64,000 bases of DNA from Octopus vulgaris. Lineage: Eukaryota. Each line of letters begins with the position of its first letter. The stretch's first letter is position 1. Under the pieces are notes generated by a model. That model ran no database searches and had not been told where the DNA came from. It saw only the letters and a program-made list of their open reading frames with translations. The DNA is taken from NCBI GenBank assembly GCA_951406725.2, contig OX597818.1, positions 10,540,001 through 10,604,000 on the forward strand. Reading direction: 5' to 3'. Positions 12,785 to 25,317 of this stretch are shown here, piece by piece. Position numbers and translations under genes: made by a program.

Positions 12785-13110
12785 TGACATACTCCTGTAC
12801 GACACGTGTGTCACTCGCTGCGTTTCCATAGTTAAATATCCGGTATTAAGCAAGAGCAAGATGACCAGTAAAAATTTATATCAGAACATATCGCCTAGGC
12901 TTTTCCAGTTAAAGAAATCCCCCTAGTCAGGCAGAAGGGGTTTGTTTTGAGCGTTTTCGTTCTCCACGTGGTTTCACTGAGTGCCCAAATACAACCCAGC
13001 TTATTTTCTCCCACGCGAGCATTTATCTCTCCATGAGATGAATTACCCGTGCCTGACACCAACCTTATATTCGTCTCTGCACTAAACTCTATGATTGCGG
13101 TTTGAGGAGG
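12785..13110 (-). pseudogene. Possible decayed AP-endonuclease segment of a LINE (RTE-like)
   Basis: Minus-strand translation across frameshifts gives, in the expected order, KLGCIWALSETTW (cf. DIxALSETRW), FYWSS (cf. FFWSG) and TGVC (cf. GVG). Confidence 0.45.
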
Positions 13111-13412
13111 GTGATTTTGAGATTACCATCATCCATATTCTGTTATGCGCTTTGATGGGTCTTCTTTTATCCTGCTGAGTTCCTGACAACCCTTCTCATC
13201 TGGTTTAATCGCTGATAACCCGATTATGCACTGAGTTAACATTACCTGTACGTGTAACCCAGTGCTTACACATTACACATTGATGGTCACAAGCGAGAGG
13301 TCATCAAGTACACAGGCGACAACGCATTTAACCCGCGTGGTAACGATTCTGTCAGCTTGCTACCTTATCTATATGTATTGTTGATAATTAAAAGTATTGA
13401 TAAGAATTTTCT

Positions 13413-13604
13413 AATTTGGGCACATGACCAAAAGTTTTGAGGGGCGGAGTAAATCGATGGTAACAGCCACAGTTCTTGACTGTTCCATTTTTTTATCGAT
13501 CTCTGGAAGACAGAAGTCAAAGTTGACCGACCTGAGTTGAAATTCAGAACGTAAAGAGTCGAAGAAACTCCGCTATGAACTTTATCCCACGCTCTAACGA
13601 TTCT
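13413..13604 (-). mobile_element. SINE family B, diverged
   Basis: tttgggcaca.gacc.aaagttttgagggg...tttatcgat...aaagttgacc...aaattcagaacgtaa. Confidence 0.75.
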
Positions 13605-14908
13605 CACACAACCTAGAGCCACAACCCTATATATGATCCATAAAATGTCCTTTCGGTTGCCAGAAATAACAGCTACATCACCTTTAAATTACGCGCAACT
13701 GTTTTAGAGAAGAACACGTTGGATATTGTATTCCAAGATTCCTTGCACAGAGTGGGGGAAAGAGAAAACAGTCACGACTTGAATGCCTTTCACTGGGTCT
13801 GCTCAATGAGAACTGTCCTGGGACTAAAGAGCAACAACAACAACAACAATACACGAGCTAATGGCTGATCTTCTTATCTGGTAACTCGACCAGCTGGAAA
13901 CAGATGTCAAATCTCCTCTCAAATCACAGATTCTAAATGACTGAAATCAGTCAAATGAATTAAAGAATGTATTCTTTTGTTCATTTTACTGAAATGGATT
14001 TTTGGATTGACCTTATTGCAATTTCTCAAAGTTTTTGATTACAGGCTGGTGGCAACTTGATACTCTATTGAATTTTTATAATGGCCAACAGGAATCCCTG
14101 CTGTTTGCCTTCTTACTTTCCGTGTGATTTGAAACCGGAATTTCGCTAACTTGAGTCACACAATGAACTCGACATTCAGATTACCCAGGCTAGTTGTGAC
14201 ACCTAACACTCTGTCCCGCCTTAAAGGTTATTCCTTGAGCAATGTGTAGGAGAGGAGTGTATGTTTCTGAGTATGAGTGTGTATAATAGTGTTTTTGTGT
14301 GAGTGTGAATTTACATTTGTATGAACACGTATGTATCTATTATTATCTGTACGTGAGTGTATGTGTGTGTATGAGTGCGTTTTTGTTAGTGTGCAAGAAA
14401 GTTCATACGATCGAGTGTTTCTATGTTAATAAATGTGTATGTGTGTGTGTTAATATACGAATGTGCTTGGAAATTTGCTTGAGTATGTATGCGTATTCTT
14501 TTATATGTGTGTGTGTGGTGGAGTGTGCGCATATATACACAAACATTTTGAGGTTGTTTAGTCAGAGAAACATTCCTACCACTTATGTGAACTCTGAAGA
14601 TTAAGTCAGCATGGGTGCTGCAACGGGATCATTTAACATGCTAGACATAGCAGCCAAATATTCATTAAACCACACTCAGCTGTCCTAAAGAGAGAAGAGG
14701 AAGGGCACATTGGATACAACTATACTTATACTGGGAATATTTGGCTGTTATTACTAGCCGCTCGAGCGACCATGAAGTGGTTTTTTTCTCTAGTTTTATG
14801 AAGACACTAGTTGTAGAAAACATTTGTCTCTATAATATGGCCGTTAACAGGATTTTCAAATTGCCAGAAAGAGCAAGTAACAGGGGTTATATATAATACA
14901 CTAACAGC

Positions 14909-15285
14909 CATGGATCCCCAACCACCGGGCAGCGGATCATGTAGTACCGGGCCGTACAGAAAGCATAAATTTTAAAATATTATTTCTATTTTATTGACTA
15001 TCCCAGTCAACGTGGCATGTTTGCATTGTGTATGTATTATATATACACATAACAAGCATGGCGGAGGTCAGATTGGTTGAAAACACCTAACAAAAAAACC
15101 TAACATATTAGCAATTGTATTTAGTGAAATTAGCTCTCAGCGTACAAACAAACTTGGTTTGTATAATTATGTAGATAATTAAATTATATGTATTGTTTTG
15201 TTATGCGCCTGACTCCCCCGATCCGTGAAAAGAACCGTCTTGCATAAAACCGGTCCGTAGTGCAGAAAAAAGTTACTGATCGCTG
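14909..15285 (+). mobile_element. hAT/Charlie-like MITE, decayed
   Basis: Left end catggatccccaacc; right end aaaccggtccgtagtgcagaaaaaagttactgatcgctg. Both resemble the cag.ggtccccaac...aaaccggtcc.tggtgc.aaaaaggttggggaccgctg pattern of Charlie-type MITEs. No TSD is visible. Confidence 0.6.
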
Positions 15286-15767
15286 CCATATTCAACCAAT
15301 ATTTCAGCCAACGAAGCAACCATCATTCGGACTTACGAAAAAAAATGGCAGCCGAACTTCCCCTCAAATCTCACCCTACCACCTTAAAAAACGAGGATGA
15401 TGAAGGTGGTGGCGATGGAGGTGATAATGATGATGGTGGTGGTGATGATGATTACAATGATGATGATATTAATGACTATGTTTATTACCATACTGTCGGC
15501 GGCCATGATGATGTAACGCGGCCAAAATATTGTGTGAAATCTTATAAATAGAAAACTTGTTCAGAAAATAAATCTCCTTTTTGGCACTGAAAGTTGTATT
15601 GGTTGTATGAGGTGGTGTTGGTGGGGGTTGTAGTTGTGGTGGTGGGGGTAGGTTTTCGGGGTGATGAGGATTAATGGCAGTGGTGGTAGTTTTGGTGGAG
15701 GTTGTGTCAATAATGAGAGTTGATAACGATGACAGCATTAACAGTGAGATAGGGGTTATGATGGTGA

Positions 15768-15824
<57 letters not shown>

Positions 15825-16774
15825 CAGCAGCAGAAATAGTAGTAGTAGTAGTAGTACGTTAGATGGTGGTGTGAAGAATATTGATGATGAAGTAGTATTG
15901 AATGTGTGTGAAGTGGTTTATGTTGCTTCAATATCAATGATGTTGCTAGTTTAGCCCCAGGTCCATCCTCATTGAGTAGACAAACATACATTTAAAACCT
16001 TATGTTCATCCGCACCTTTTTTAAGCCAGTTGGGTATGATTTGAGAGCATTTGGCTGCTACTTCTAGTAGATTGAACCACTATTTAAAGGTCCCTTGGCG
16101 GCCCTTGTTAATAATGAAGAAAATGACAACGTTATTGATGACGGTCATAATGAATGAATATTGGGACTGGCCAGTGTTAGAGATTAGCTTCAATGAGAAT
16201 AGCATAGGTTTATGACGACGACGGCGGCGGTGGTGGTGGTGGTGGTGGTGGTGGTGGTGGTGGTGGTGGTGACGATGACAATGATGATGATGACGTTGTG
16301 CGCCAGAACTGATGATACTGATGTAAATCGATAAATCCTATAGGTTACAGTGATACTAAGTGTATATTGGTGAATTTGGCAAAGAATTTGATTACAACCA
16401 TTTTCCCTCGGGTATTAGTTTCAGGTGAGTAATGATAAATAGCCAAGACACCCGTCATCAATTTTCACCTGTCGCCAGCTTTTCGTTTTTCTACTCCTCA
16501 TATTCATGTAATGTGTATGGATATAGTGGGGGAAAAACATACTAAGACAAGAGCACAAATCCTTAGTCTGTCTGCCTGTCTGATTGTCTGTCAACCCGTT
16601 AAGTTTTCTGTGTATCTTTAAGCTGCCGTTTGACGGTCTGTCAAACACGAGAAGGACTATCATTTTGGTTATTTATGAAACTTTAGAATTATCTATCAAA
16701 CATTAAGACTACCTATCAAATTTTAAGATAATTTGTAGGATTTTTGTTATCTATCTCTGTGTGATATCTGCACT

Positions 16775-17202
16775 TGTAGGGTGCCTCACACATTTCTATA
16801 CAATGTATAGAAAGGAATAAAACGGTAGGAACACGAATAGCTGAACAAATAACAATAATAGTTTGTTATTTTCACAGAAGGAGATACTTCATCGCTGTTC
16901 ATCGGTAGCGTGAACGCCAGGGTTAGGAAAGCAGCAGAGTCGGATTAAATCACCATGGTTAGAACAGTCTTCATCGCCCGCCGAGTCTGGTTCGCCCCTT
17001 CGCTCGGAGCCTTGTCGGGACACGTCTTAATTTATCGACCGCCCAAGAGCCAAGAGGCATGGAATAGCGGGAAAAGCTAACTGCTCCTGATTACTGCGCA
17101 TGCGCATCAGGGAACTTCCGGCAGGCCTACAGGAAGACACCAAACATTGCACATGCGCAGATGGACATCCCAAAATGGCGTCTAAAACTTAGCGTCACTA
17201 CA
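16775..17202 (-). mobile_element. Putative solo LTR (Gypsy/BEL-like)
   Basis: GC-richer block bounded by TGTAG...CTACA inverted ends that splits the minisatellite. On the minus strand it carries promoter motifs, then an AT-box (gataaattaag), then an AATAAC-type signal. The left end is ambiguous (16734, 16769 or 16775), and a perfect 4-bp TSD tatc appears only with 16769. Confidence 0.5.
17095..17180. promoter_or_regulatory. Cluster of NRF1-, ETS/GABP- and YY1-type motifs
   Basis: tgcgcatgcgca 17095-17106, acttccgg 17114-17121, gcacatgcgca 17149-17159, caaaatggcg 17171-17180. Confidence 0.5.
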
Positions 17203-17394
17203 TATCCATCAAACAAATATTAAGATTGTGCGTCAAACATCATGATTATTCACCAAATAATAAGATTATCCATAAAATATTTAGAGTACCCATCGAACAT
17301 TAGGATTATTCATCAAATATTAAGATTATCTATCGAACACTAGGATTATCTGTCAGTCATTAGGGTTGTCCACCAAATACTGGGAATTATCAGA

Positions 17395-18035
17395 CAAAAA
17401 CTGTTATTTATCAATTGTTATCACTTAACACTACTGTTATTAATCAAACACCAGAATTATCTATCAAACACGTGGTGTCTATCCAACAGTTGAGGTATCT
17501 CTTAAAGATTAAGATTAGATATCAGCGTGTCTTTTCAAACAGAACTTGTCCTAGTTACACAATGTCTGAGAGAAGACGACATAGATATGACGAGAAAGCC
17601 TTGGATACAACAACAGCATGGCATTTAATAGGTACTAGGGTACATACTAAAAACTCTGGTTAGCTATCAAACACTAGGGTTATCCGTCAAACATCAGAAC
17701 TGTTCCTCAAGCACAAGGAGTTAACAAGCAAAAACTGTTATTTATCAATTGTTATTATTTAACACTACTATTATTTATCGAATACCAGAATTGTCTATCA
17801 AACACGAAGTGTCTATTCAACAGTTGAGACTAAGATTATCTATCAGCGTTGTTTTACAAACATAACTTACCCTTGTTACACTATGTTTGAAAGAAGATGA
17901 TATAGATATGACCTGAAAGTCTTGGATACAACAACACTGACAGCAACGACGACGGCAAAAGCAACAACAACAGCAGCAGCATGGTGTTTAGTAGATACTA
18001 GTGTACATATGAAAACCCCAGGTTAGCTATCAAAT
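17395..18035. repeat. Old tandem duplication, period 334 bp
   Basis: caaaaactgttatttatcaattgttat starts at 17395 and at 17729. The copies align through ...cttggatacaacaaca...ggttagctatcaaa. Confidence 0.9.
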
Positions 18036-18814
18036 ATCAGATGCATCTTCTCATTCATGTGCCGATTGACAAGAGACGAAGGTGAAAAGAATTGGAGACT
18101 GAAGTGTTGGTTTGAGTCAGTAAAAACAGTTAATTAAATTCGTAAAGATACTTTCGTGTTGTTCCGTGAGAAGAACTGGGACTTCATTACAAGTTTCAGT
18201 TATAATTATGGATTGCCCAGGGGATATATTTGCCAGTAATGTGACAAATAAGCGAATTCAAAAGCCGGTGTTCGGTTGCACGTCAACTGTAGTAGAATAT
18301 TATTACGTGTATACGCGCGCGCGAACCCACCTACACGCACCAACCTACACGCACACTGGCAGAGGATAAGAAATGTATAACCACAAGATACAAACGAAAT
18401 TTGATGTCGTTATAAACATCGGTATATATAATGGAAAGAGTGCATAACATTGAAAATAGTACTATTATAGAAAAGTGTTAAACTCGAGAACCATGCAGAA
18501 GACGTGCGTTTCTCAGAAATTGGTAGAAAAACGAATATCGAAGCCAATTATAAATTATACTACGCTTCATAAATATCTTTACCTATCTATGTATCTCTGT
18601 CTACTAATCTATCTTTCTCAATGTCTATATTTATCAATATATTTAAATATCCATATTTATTAATCCAACAATCTCTATATATATCAATTGTTACGTGCAT
18701 ATATATATATATATCTATACACACACACACACACACACACACACAAATATATATATATACATACATATATATATATTTATATATATTAACATACGCACAC
18801 ACACGTGTGTGTGT

Positions 18815-19215
18815 GTTAAATAAAATGAGATAACAAAGCCAAGGCCGTGTGGAATTTTCAGGGCGTTTATAAAGAGAAATTTAGTCTTACAGCTGTTTCT
18901 GGGATATTAGGGATATCTCTTCGTCAGAGACGATGATTAAATAGAGGGAAATAGTAGAGTTCAATATTAGGAGTTATTTTGGAAAAGGAAGGAAATAGGA
19001 AGTATAAAGGGAAATAAGAGGTTTGATAGATACTCTTAATGTTTGATGGATAATTCTATTACCCTTATTTTTTATTTAACATATACATGCTCATACAAGA
19101 CCCGCATTAGACTCCTCACTCGTATTATTATTGAACCCAGAGTTTAACTACTGTCCTTCTATAGCACTTACATAACCATACCTGCCACCTTCGGTCCCCT
19201 GGATATCAATACCTC
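18815..19215 (-). mobile_element. Penelope-like element remnant carrying the hammerhead
   Basis: About 400-bp unique block flanked by (TA)/(CA) microsatellites and containing a PLE-type hammerhead. Confidence 0.55.
18884..18931 (-). ncRNA. Type I minimal hammerhead ribozyme motif (Penelope-like element type)
   Basis: Minus strand: gtct CTGACGA a-gagatat-cccta-atatccc-a GAAAC agct GTA agac. Stem I is gtct/agac, stem II pairs 6 of 7, and stem III has a palindromic AGCT loop. Cleavage triplet GUA. Confidence 0.75.
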
Positions 19216-19216
19216 T

Positions 19217-19247
<31 letters not shown>

Positions 19248-19285
19248 TTATATGTATGTATATGTATATGTATGCATATATATGC

Positions 19286-19322
<37 letters not shown>

Positions 19323-19384
19323 CATACATACATATTTATGCATGTATCTATGTATATTCGATATGGCATTCGGTGGTAGGGTGT

Positions 19385-19432
19385 CTGCTGCTGATGAAGC
19401 GCAAATTACACTGAAATCACGTGAATCAACAG
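19385..19432 (+). ncRNA. Degenerate hammerhead-like motif
   Basis: ctgctg CTGATGA agcgcaaattacact GAAA tcacgtga at caacag. Core boxes are intact and stem III is palindromic, but stem II has two mismatches and the stem I / cleavage register is imperfect. Confidence 0.45.
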
Positions 19433-19744
19433 TCCCATCAGTCGGTACTAACGAAATTTCGTCTGCCGATATAATCTGTGCTTTTTCAGCACTTAACATT
19501 TATGCAAGATAATTTCTCAGGACGATTACCGCAGCCTAAAGCGTTTAAAATAACACATCCAAGTTATGTTCTTTGTGCATATTAATATGCGTTACATAGT
19601 CTGCTTCCGTTGCAAATAGCTAATATTATATTCGTGTGCATGCGTGTACATGTTTGCGCGTGTATGTGTACATATAAATGAGAAAGAAGAAAAGGGGCAT
19701 GGAGTACATACCTATAAATATGTGTATGTATATATTCTTTTATT

Positions 19745-20038
19745 TTCTCTATTTGTTTCAGTCATTTGACTGCGACCATGCTGGTGTACCATCTTTAGTC
19801 GAGCAAATCGACCCCAGGACCTACTTTTTGTAAGCCTAGTACTTATTCTATCGGGCTCTTTTGCCGAACCGCTAATTACGGGGACGTAAACATACCAGTA
19901 TCGGTTGCTTTAGGGGGAGGCAAACACAGACATACAAACATATGCGACGGGCTTCTTTCACTTTCCGTCCACCAAATCCACTCACAAAGGGTTTGGTCGG
20001 CCCGGGGCTATAGTAGAAGACACTTGCCCAAAGTGCCA
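19745..20038 (-). mobile_element. SINE family A, head truncated, almost no internal microsatellite
   Basis: ttgtttcagtcatttgactgcgaccatgctgg...cgacgggcttctttca...gaagacacttgccca. Confidence 0.9.
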
Positions 20039-20774
20039 TATATATACATATATAATTGACTTATCCCCTCCCTCGAAATTGCTGGCCTTGTGCAAAATTT
20101 GAAATCAATATGTGTGTGTGCGCGCGCGTGTGAGTTGACCCAAGCTTCGTAAGCGACACAGAGTGAACCGAACGTATGTTGAAACCTATCGGATGTATTG
20201 GACATCAAAAGTTAAAGAGGTCGCCTTGTCAAACTGAATCTGCCCAGTTTATTAAGCAAAAGCTACAAGCATCAGAGAAAATGCTCAGCTACTTACACTA
20301 CGACATAAGATCAACCGTAGACGTATTTCAATGGTTCGACTCTATTACGCAGTGTTATATTGAGCCTGTCTCACGTTCATACTCAAGATACATATGTCTG
20401 TAAAAGAGGTTCATCTACGTAAGTTAAAATACGAGATGAACTGTAGCTGTGCTTCAAATGCTTAGTGTTGTCTCTCACAGGCACACGCGGAGTGTCACCT
20501 TGGATTTGCCTGGAGTTTATGTTAAGGGTACACACGTCTGTAGACGAGTCACCTATTGACACTTTATTAAGTGAACAACTAGATTATGCATCGGAGGAAA
20601 ATGATGCCAGGTTCCACTAGAAGCGTGTGCATTCATGTGAGTGTACATATGTATGTATTTGTTGAGGGTTGTGCAGATTTGTGTGTGTGCATGTGTGTGT
20701 GTGTGTACGCGTGTACGTATGTGTGTGTATTTGTGTGTGCATGTCTATTCCACTCAAATATTACTTTGCAGTAG

Positions 20775-20805
<31 letters not shown>

Positions 20806-21011
20806 CTAGATATGTATTATCTTTATCATATACAAGCAAATACATAAAATGTGCAGGTGCGTGTGTTTGTATGTGTATGTGTGTGTATTTGTGTGTGTGT
20901 GCGGGCAAGTGCGCGTGCGAGTCAATGTAACTGTGTTTAGGTGAGTGAAGGGGTGTCACTGAAGATTATATTATATCATATTATATTAATGTCCACAAGA
21001 TATGGGACCAT

Positions 21012-21042
<31 letters not shown>

Positions 21043-21272
21043 CACACATATGTGTATGTATGTATGTATATGCATATAATCATACTATATTATTATGTGT
21101 GTGTATGCGTGTGTGTATGTCTGTGTGTGTCTGTGTGCTTCTGTTTTTATGCTTGTATATCCAGATACGATTGTGATATTCTATTCCGGGTCTCTTAATC
21201 CCTTAAGTGACATTCTAAGGCCGTCGGTCGTGTAAGGACGACCACTATTGATATTGCGATACTTTTATGTGG

Positions 21273-22337
<1,065 letters not shown>

Positions 22338-22341
<4 letters not shown>

Positions 22342-22524
22342 TGTTTCGGTCAGTGGGTTGTGGCCATGCTGGGACATCGCCTAGTAGGATTTTTAGTCGA
22401 ACGAATCGCCACCCACACACCTACTGTACTTTATTTCTTTTATGGTAATTATTTTGTTGAACCGCCATGTTACGGAGAAATAAACAAACGAACACCAGTT
22501 GTCAAGCGGTGGTGAGCGACAAAG

Positions 22525-22607
<83 letters not shown>

Positions 22608-22762
22608 AGGGGCTTCTTTCAGTTACCATATGCCAAATCCACCCACAAGCTTTTGGTTAATCATGGCTATAGTAGAAGACACTTGCCCAAGGTACCACGC
22701 AGTAGAAATAAAACCAAAACCATATGATTGAGAAGCAAGTTTCCTTACCATACACCCATAAG
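22338..22762 (-). mobile_element. SINE family A, diverged
   Basis: Tail ttgtttcggtcagtgggttgtggccatgctgg, internal (CA)(TA) array, head ...gaagacacttgcccaaggtaccacgcagt. Confidence 0.85.
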
Positions 22763-22921
22763 CAGACACACACACATACATGTTTTTGCGAGTATAAATC
22801 AGGGAATAATAATTCACAGATAGTGAATGCTATAAAAATCTCTTTGTCAAAGACAACGCAGGTGATTCGATGTTTGAAGCATCTTGAAGATAGCCACCGA
22901 ATTCTATAGTGAATTCTGTAT

Positions 22922-23580
22922 TTATTTATTCTTTTTTTTTCTTTCTTTTTTTTTTTTTTTTTGTAGTTTTCTTTGTCATTGAGAAAGGCATCGGAAGCGG
23001 TTATGCTCTGACTACCGTTTAAATACAGAATTCGGAGCGGAACACTCAGCTTTACGGCTTTAGGCCATATCACGGGCCTCGGAAGTCTTTATGGGTGGCT
23101 GTATTAATGGGAATATCTAGACAAGGCCTCTAGGCTAAGTATACCTTAACATCTGGATGTGCTGCTTCGTGCTGAAACCAACCAACAGTTTTAGGCCTTT
23201 CATTTTCTCCTTCGTCCTTTATTATTTTCCAAGTCTTGAGAGAACTCGAGAGCACTAGGCTTCCTGTATTGAGTGGAAGAGACAAATACGCGAACACTGT
23301 GTCTCACATGACACACACACAACACCTTCAGTCCTCAACTTCTGATCTTGTCCAACTATTTGCAAGAAAGCAGACTTTGATACAAATTTCCAAGAACAGT
23401 TTTGGGTCGTAAGCTGAGCAATTGATTAGCTGTGCCATTCCAGTCTTGCTGTAGATTTGAACTGCGATCGAGACAGTTACTTCTAGAGTTCTTTTTCCAT
23501 CATCAAAGGATATGGCGAAGTCGTTACATAAAGTGGTGCTTGGGTATTATTAATTCTGGTGGATCCCATCACTACAGAAT
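22922..23580 (-). pseudogene. Decayed 3' end of an RTE-clade LINE with A-rich tail
   Basis: Minus strand, across stops and frameshifts: IRS*GLKVLCVCHVR (cf. RRLRWxGHVxR), KGRRRK*/RPKT..W (cf. GxRxRGRPKxxW), EARDMA*SR (cf. A.DR..W). A poly(A)-rich tract follows at 22922-22962. Confidence 0.6.
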
Positions 23581-23659
23581 CTGACTGAAATTGATGTGTT
23601 TCCAGAGGGAGGGAGGGATGGAGGAGAGGCAAAAAGAGGGAGACAGAGAGGGTGGAGAG

Positions 23660-23820
23660 AATAAATTCTATACAAGACTCGTACTTTATCAATCAGGGAA
23701 GGATGAAAGGTAAAGTTCACCTCGCTGGAATATGAATTCAGGAAATCAAAGAACTGAAACGAATACGGCTGCTATGCAATTTCTCAAACACTCCAACGAT
23801 TCGTCCAATTCGACCATTCG
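23660..23820 (-). mobile_element. SINE family B, diverged
   Basis: ggatgaaaggtaaagttcacctcgctggaatatgaattcag...cgaatacggct...ccaacgattc. Confidence 0.7.
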
Positions 23821-23918
23821 CCAATTCGCCCCGCATATATGTGTGTGTGTGTGTATGTGTGTGTTTGTGTGTGTGTGTGTGTGCGTGTGTGTGTGTGTTT
23901 GTGTGTGCGCGTATGTGT

Positions 23919-24065
23919 GTGTGGTAAGCAGCTTGCTTACCGACCACATGGTTCCAGGTACAGTCCCGCTGCGTGGCTCCTCGGGTAAGTGCTTTCTACT
24001 ATAGCTTCGGGTCAACCAAAGCCTTGTGAATGGATTTGGTTGACGGAAACTGAAAGAAGCCCGTC

Positions 24066-24115
<50 letters not shown>

Positions 24116-24379
24116 CAGTGTGGTAAGCAGCTTGCTTACCGACCACATGGTTCCAGGTTCAGTCCCACTGCGTAACACCTCGGGCAAATGTTTTCTACTA
24201 TAGCCTTGGGCCAACCAAAGCCTTGTGATTGGATTTCGTTGACGGAAACTGAAAGAAGCCCGTCGTATGTATGTACGTGTGTGTGTGTGTGTATGTGTGA
24301 GTGTGTGTGTGTGTTTGTCCCCCACCCCAACATCGCTTGACAACCGATGTTGGTGTGTTTACGTCCGCGTAACTTAGCA
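23919..24379 (+). mobile_element. SINE family A with tandemly duplicated 5' head, 3'-truncated
   Basis: gtggtaagcagcttgcttaccgaccacatggttccagg...gaagcccgtcg occurs twice (about 23921-24066 and 24118-24264), separated by (TG)n. Confidence 0.9.
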
Positions 24380-24403
24380 GTATATGTATATATATATTAT
24401 ATA

Positions 24404-24607
24404 CTCTTTACTCTCTTTACTTGTTTTAGTCATTTGACTGTAGCCATGCTGGAGCACCGCCTTTAGTCGAGCAAATCGGCTTTGTAAACCCAGTACTTAT
24501 TCTATCGGTCTCTTTTGCCGAACCGCTAATGTAACAGGGACGTAAGCACCAGCATCCGTTGTCAAGCAATGCTGGGGGGACAAACACAGACACACAAACA
24601 TACACAC

Positions 24608-24667
<60 letters not shown>

Positions 24668-24833
24668 TACGACGTGCTTCTTTCAGTTTCCGCCTACCAA
24701 ATCCACTCAAAAGGCTTTGTCCTGCCCGAGGCTATAGAAGAAGACACTTGCTCCATGTGCCACGCAGTGGAACTGAACCCGGAACCATGTGGTTCGTAAG
24801 CAAGCTACTTACCACACAGCCATTCCTACGCCT
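24404..24833 (-). mobile_element. SINE family A, full length
   Basis: Complete reverse complement of family A, including the tRNA-like head (ggaactgaacccggaaccatgtgg...cttaccacacagcca). Confidence 0.92.
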
Positions 24834-24853
24834 ATATATACAGTATACTTCGG

Positions 24854-24898
<45 letters not shown>

Positions 24899-24915
24899 GC
24901 ATATATGTATGCAAG

Positions 24916-24947
<32 letters not shown>

Positions 24948-24971
24948 CATATATATTTGTGTGTGTGTGTA

Positions 24972-25007
<36 letters not shown>

Positions 25008-25273
25008 CACATATATATATTTGCATATATATATATGTATATATGTGTGTGTATGTGCTTATCTGTGTGTGTGTGTGTGTGTATGTATGTAAATGTGCGT
25101 ATGTATGTTTCAGAATATGTATGAAATTTTATAAGTGTACGAATACATATATAACTACCTATGTGTATGTATTCATATAAACACGTATGAACGCGCATAC
25201 ACGCAGGTAATATGTATGGTTGTGTGTAAGAAGGTTTGTGTGTGTGCGCGCGCGTTTGTGTGTGTGTGTGTGT

Positions 25274-25317
<44 letters not shown>

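Larger units (their letters stand above)
16683..17392. repeat. Degenerate 20-bp minisatellite (about GATTATCTATCAAACATTAA), interrupted by an insertion
   Basis: About 2.5 units at 16683-16733 and about 9 units at 17203-17392, with further scattered units to 18040. Confidence 0.8.

Noticed and set aside
12787-12890. Minus-strand signal-peptide-like MF*YKFLLVILLLLN...METQRVTHVSYR with a gtatgt donor
   Set aside because: Stop at codon 3, and the region is better explained as a decayed LINE endonuclease.
16361-16430. Plus-strand perfect donor cag|gtgagt after VYIGEFGKEFDYNHFPSGISF
   Set aside because: In-frame stop immediately upstream, no credible acceptor, and no partner exons.
16683-17392. 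Regularly spaced ~20-bp repeats, superficially CRISPR-like
   Set aside because: Units are contiguous and degenerate with no unique spacers, the context is eukaryotic, and there are no cas genes.
22962-23576. TGTAG...CTACA ends suggesting a second solo LTR
   Set aside because: RTE C-terminal motifs and an A-rich tail favour a LINE 3' end, and no TSD is visible.
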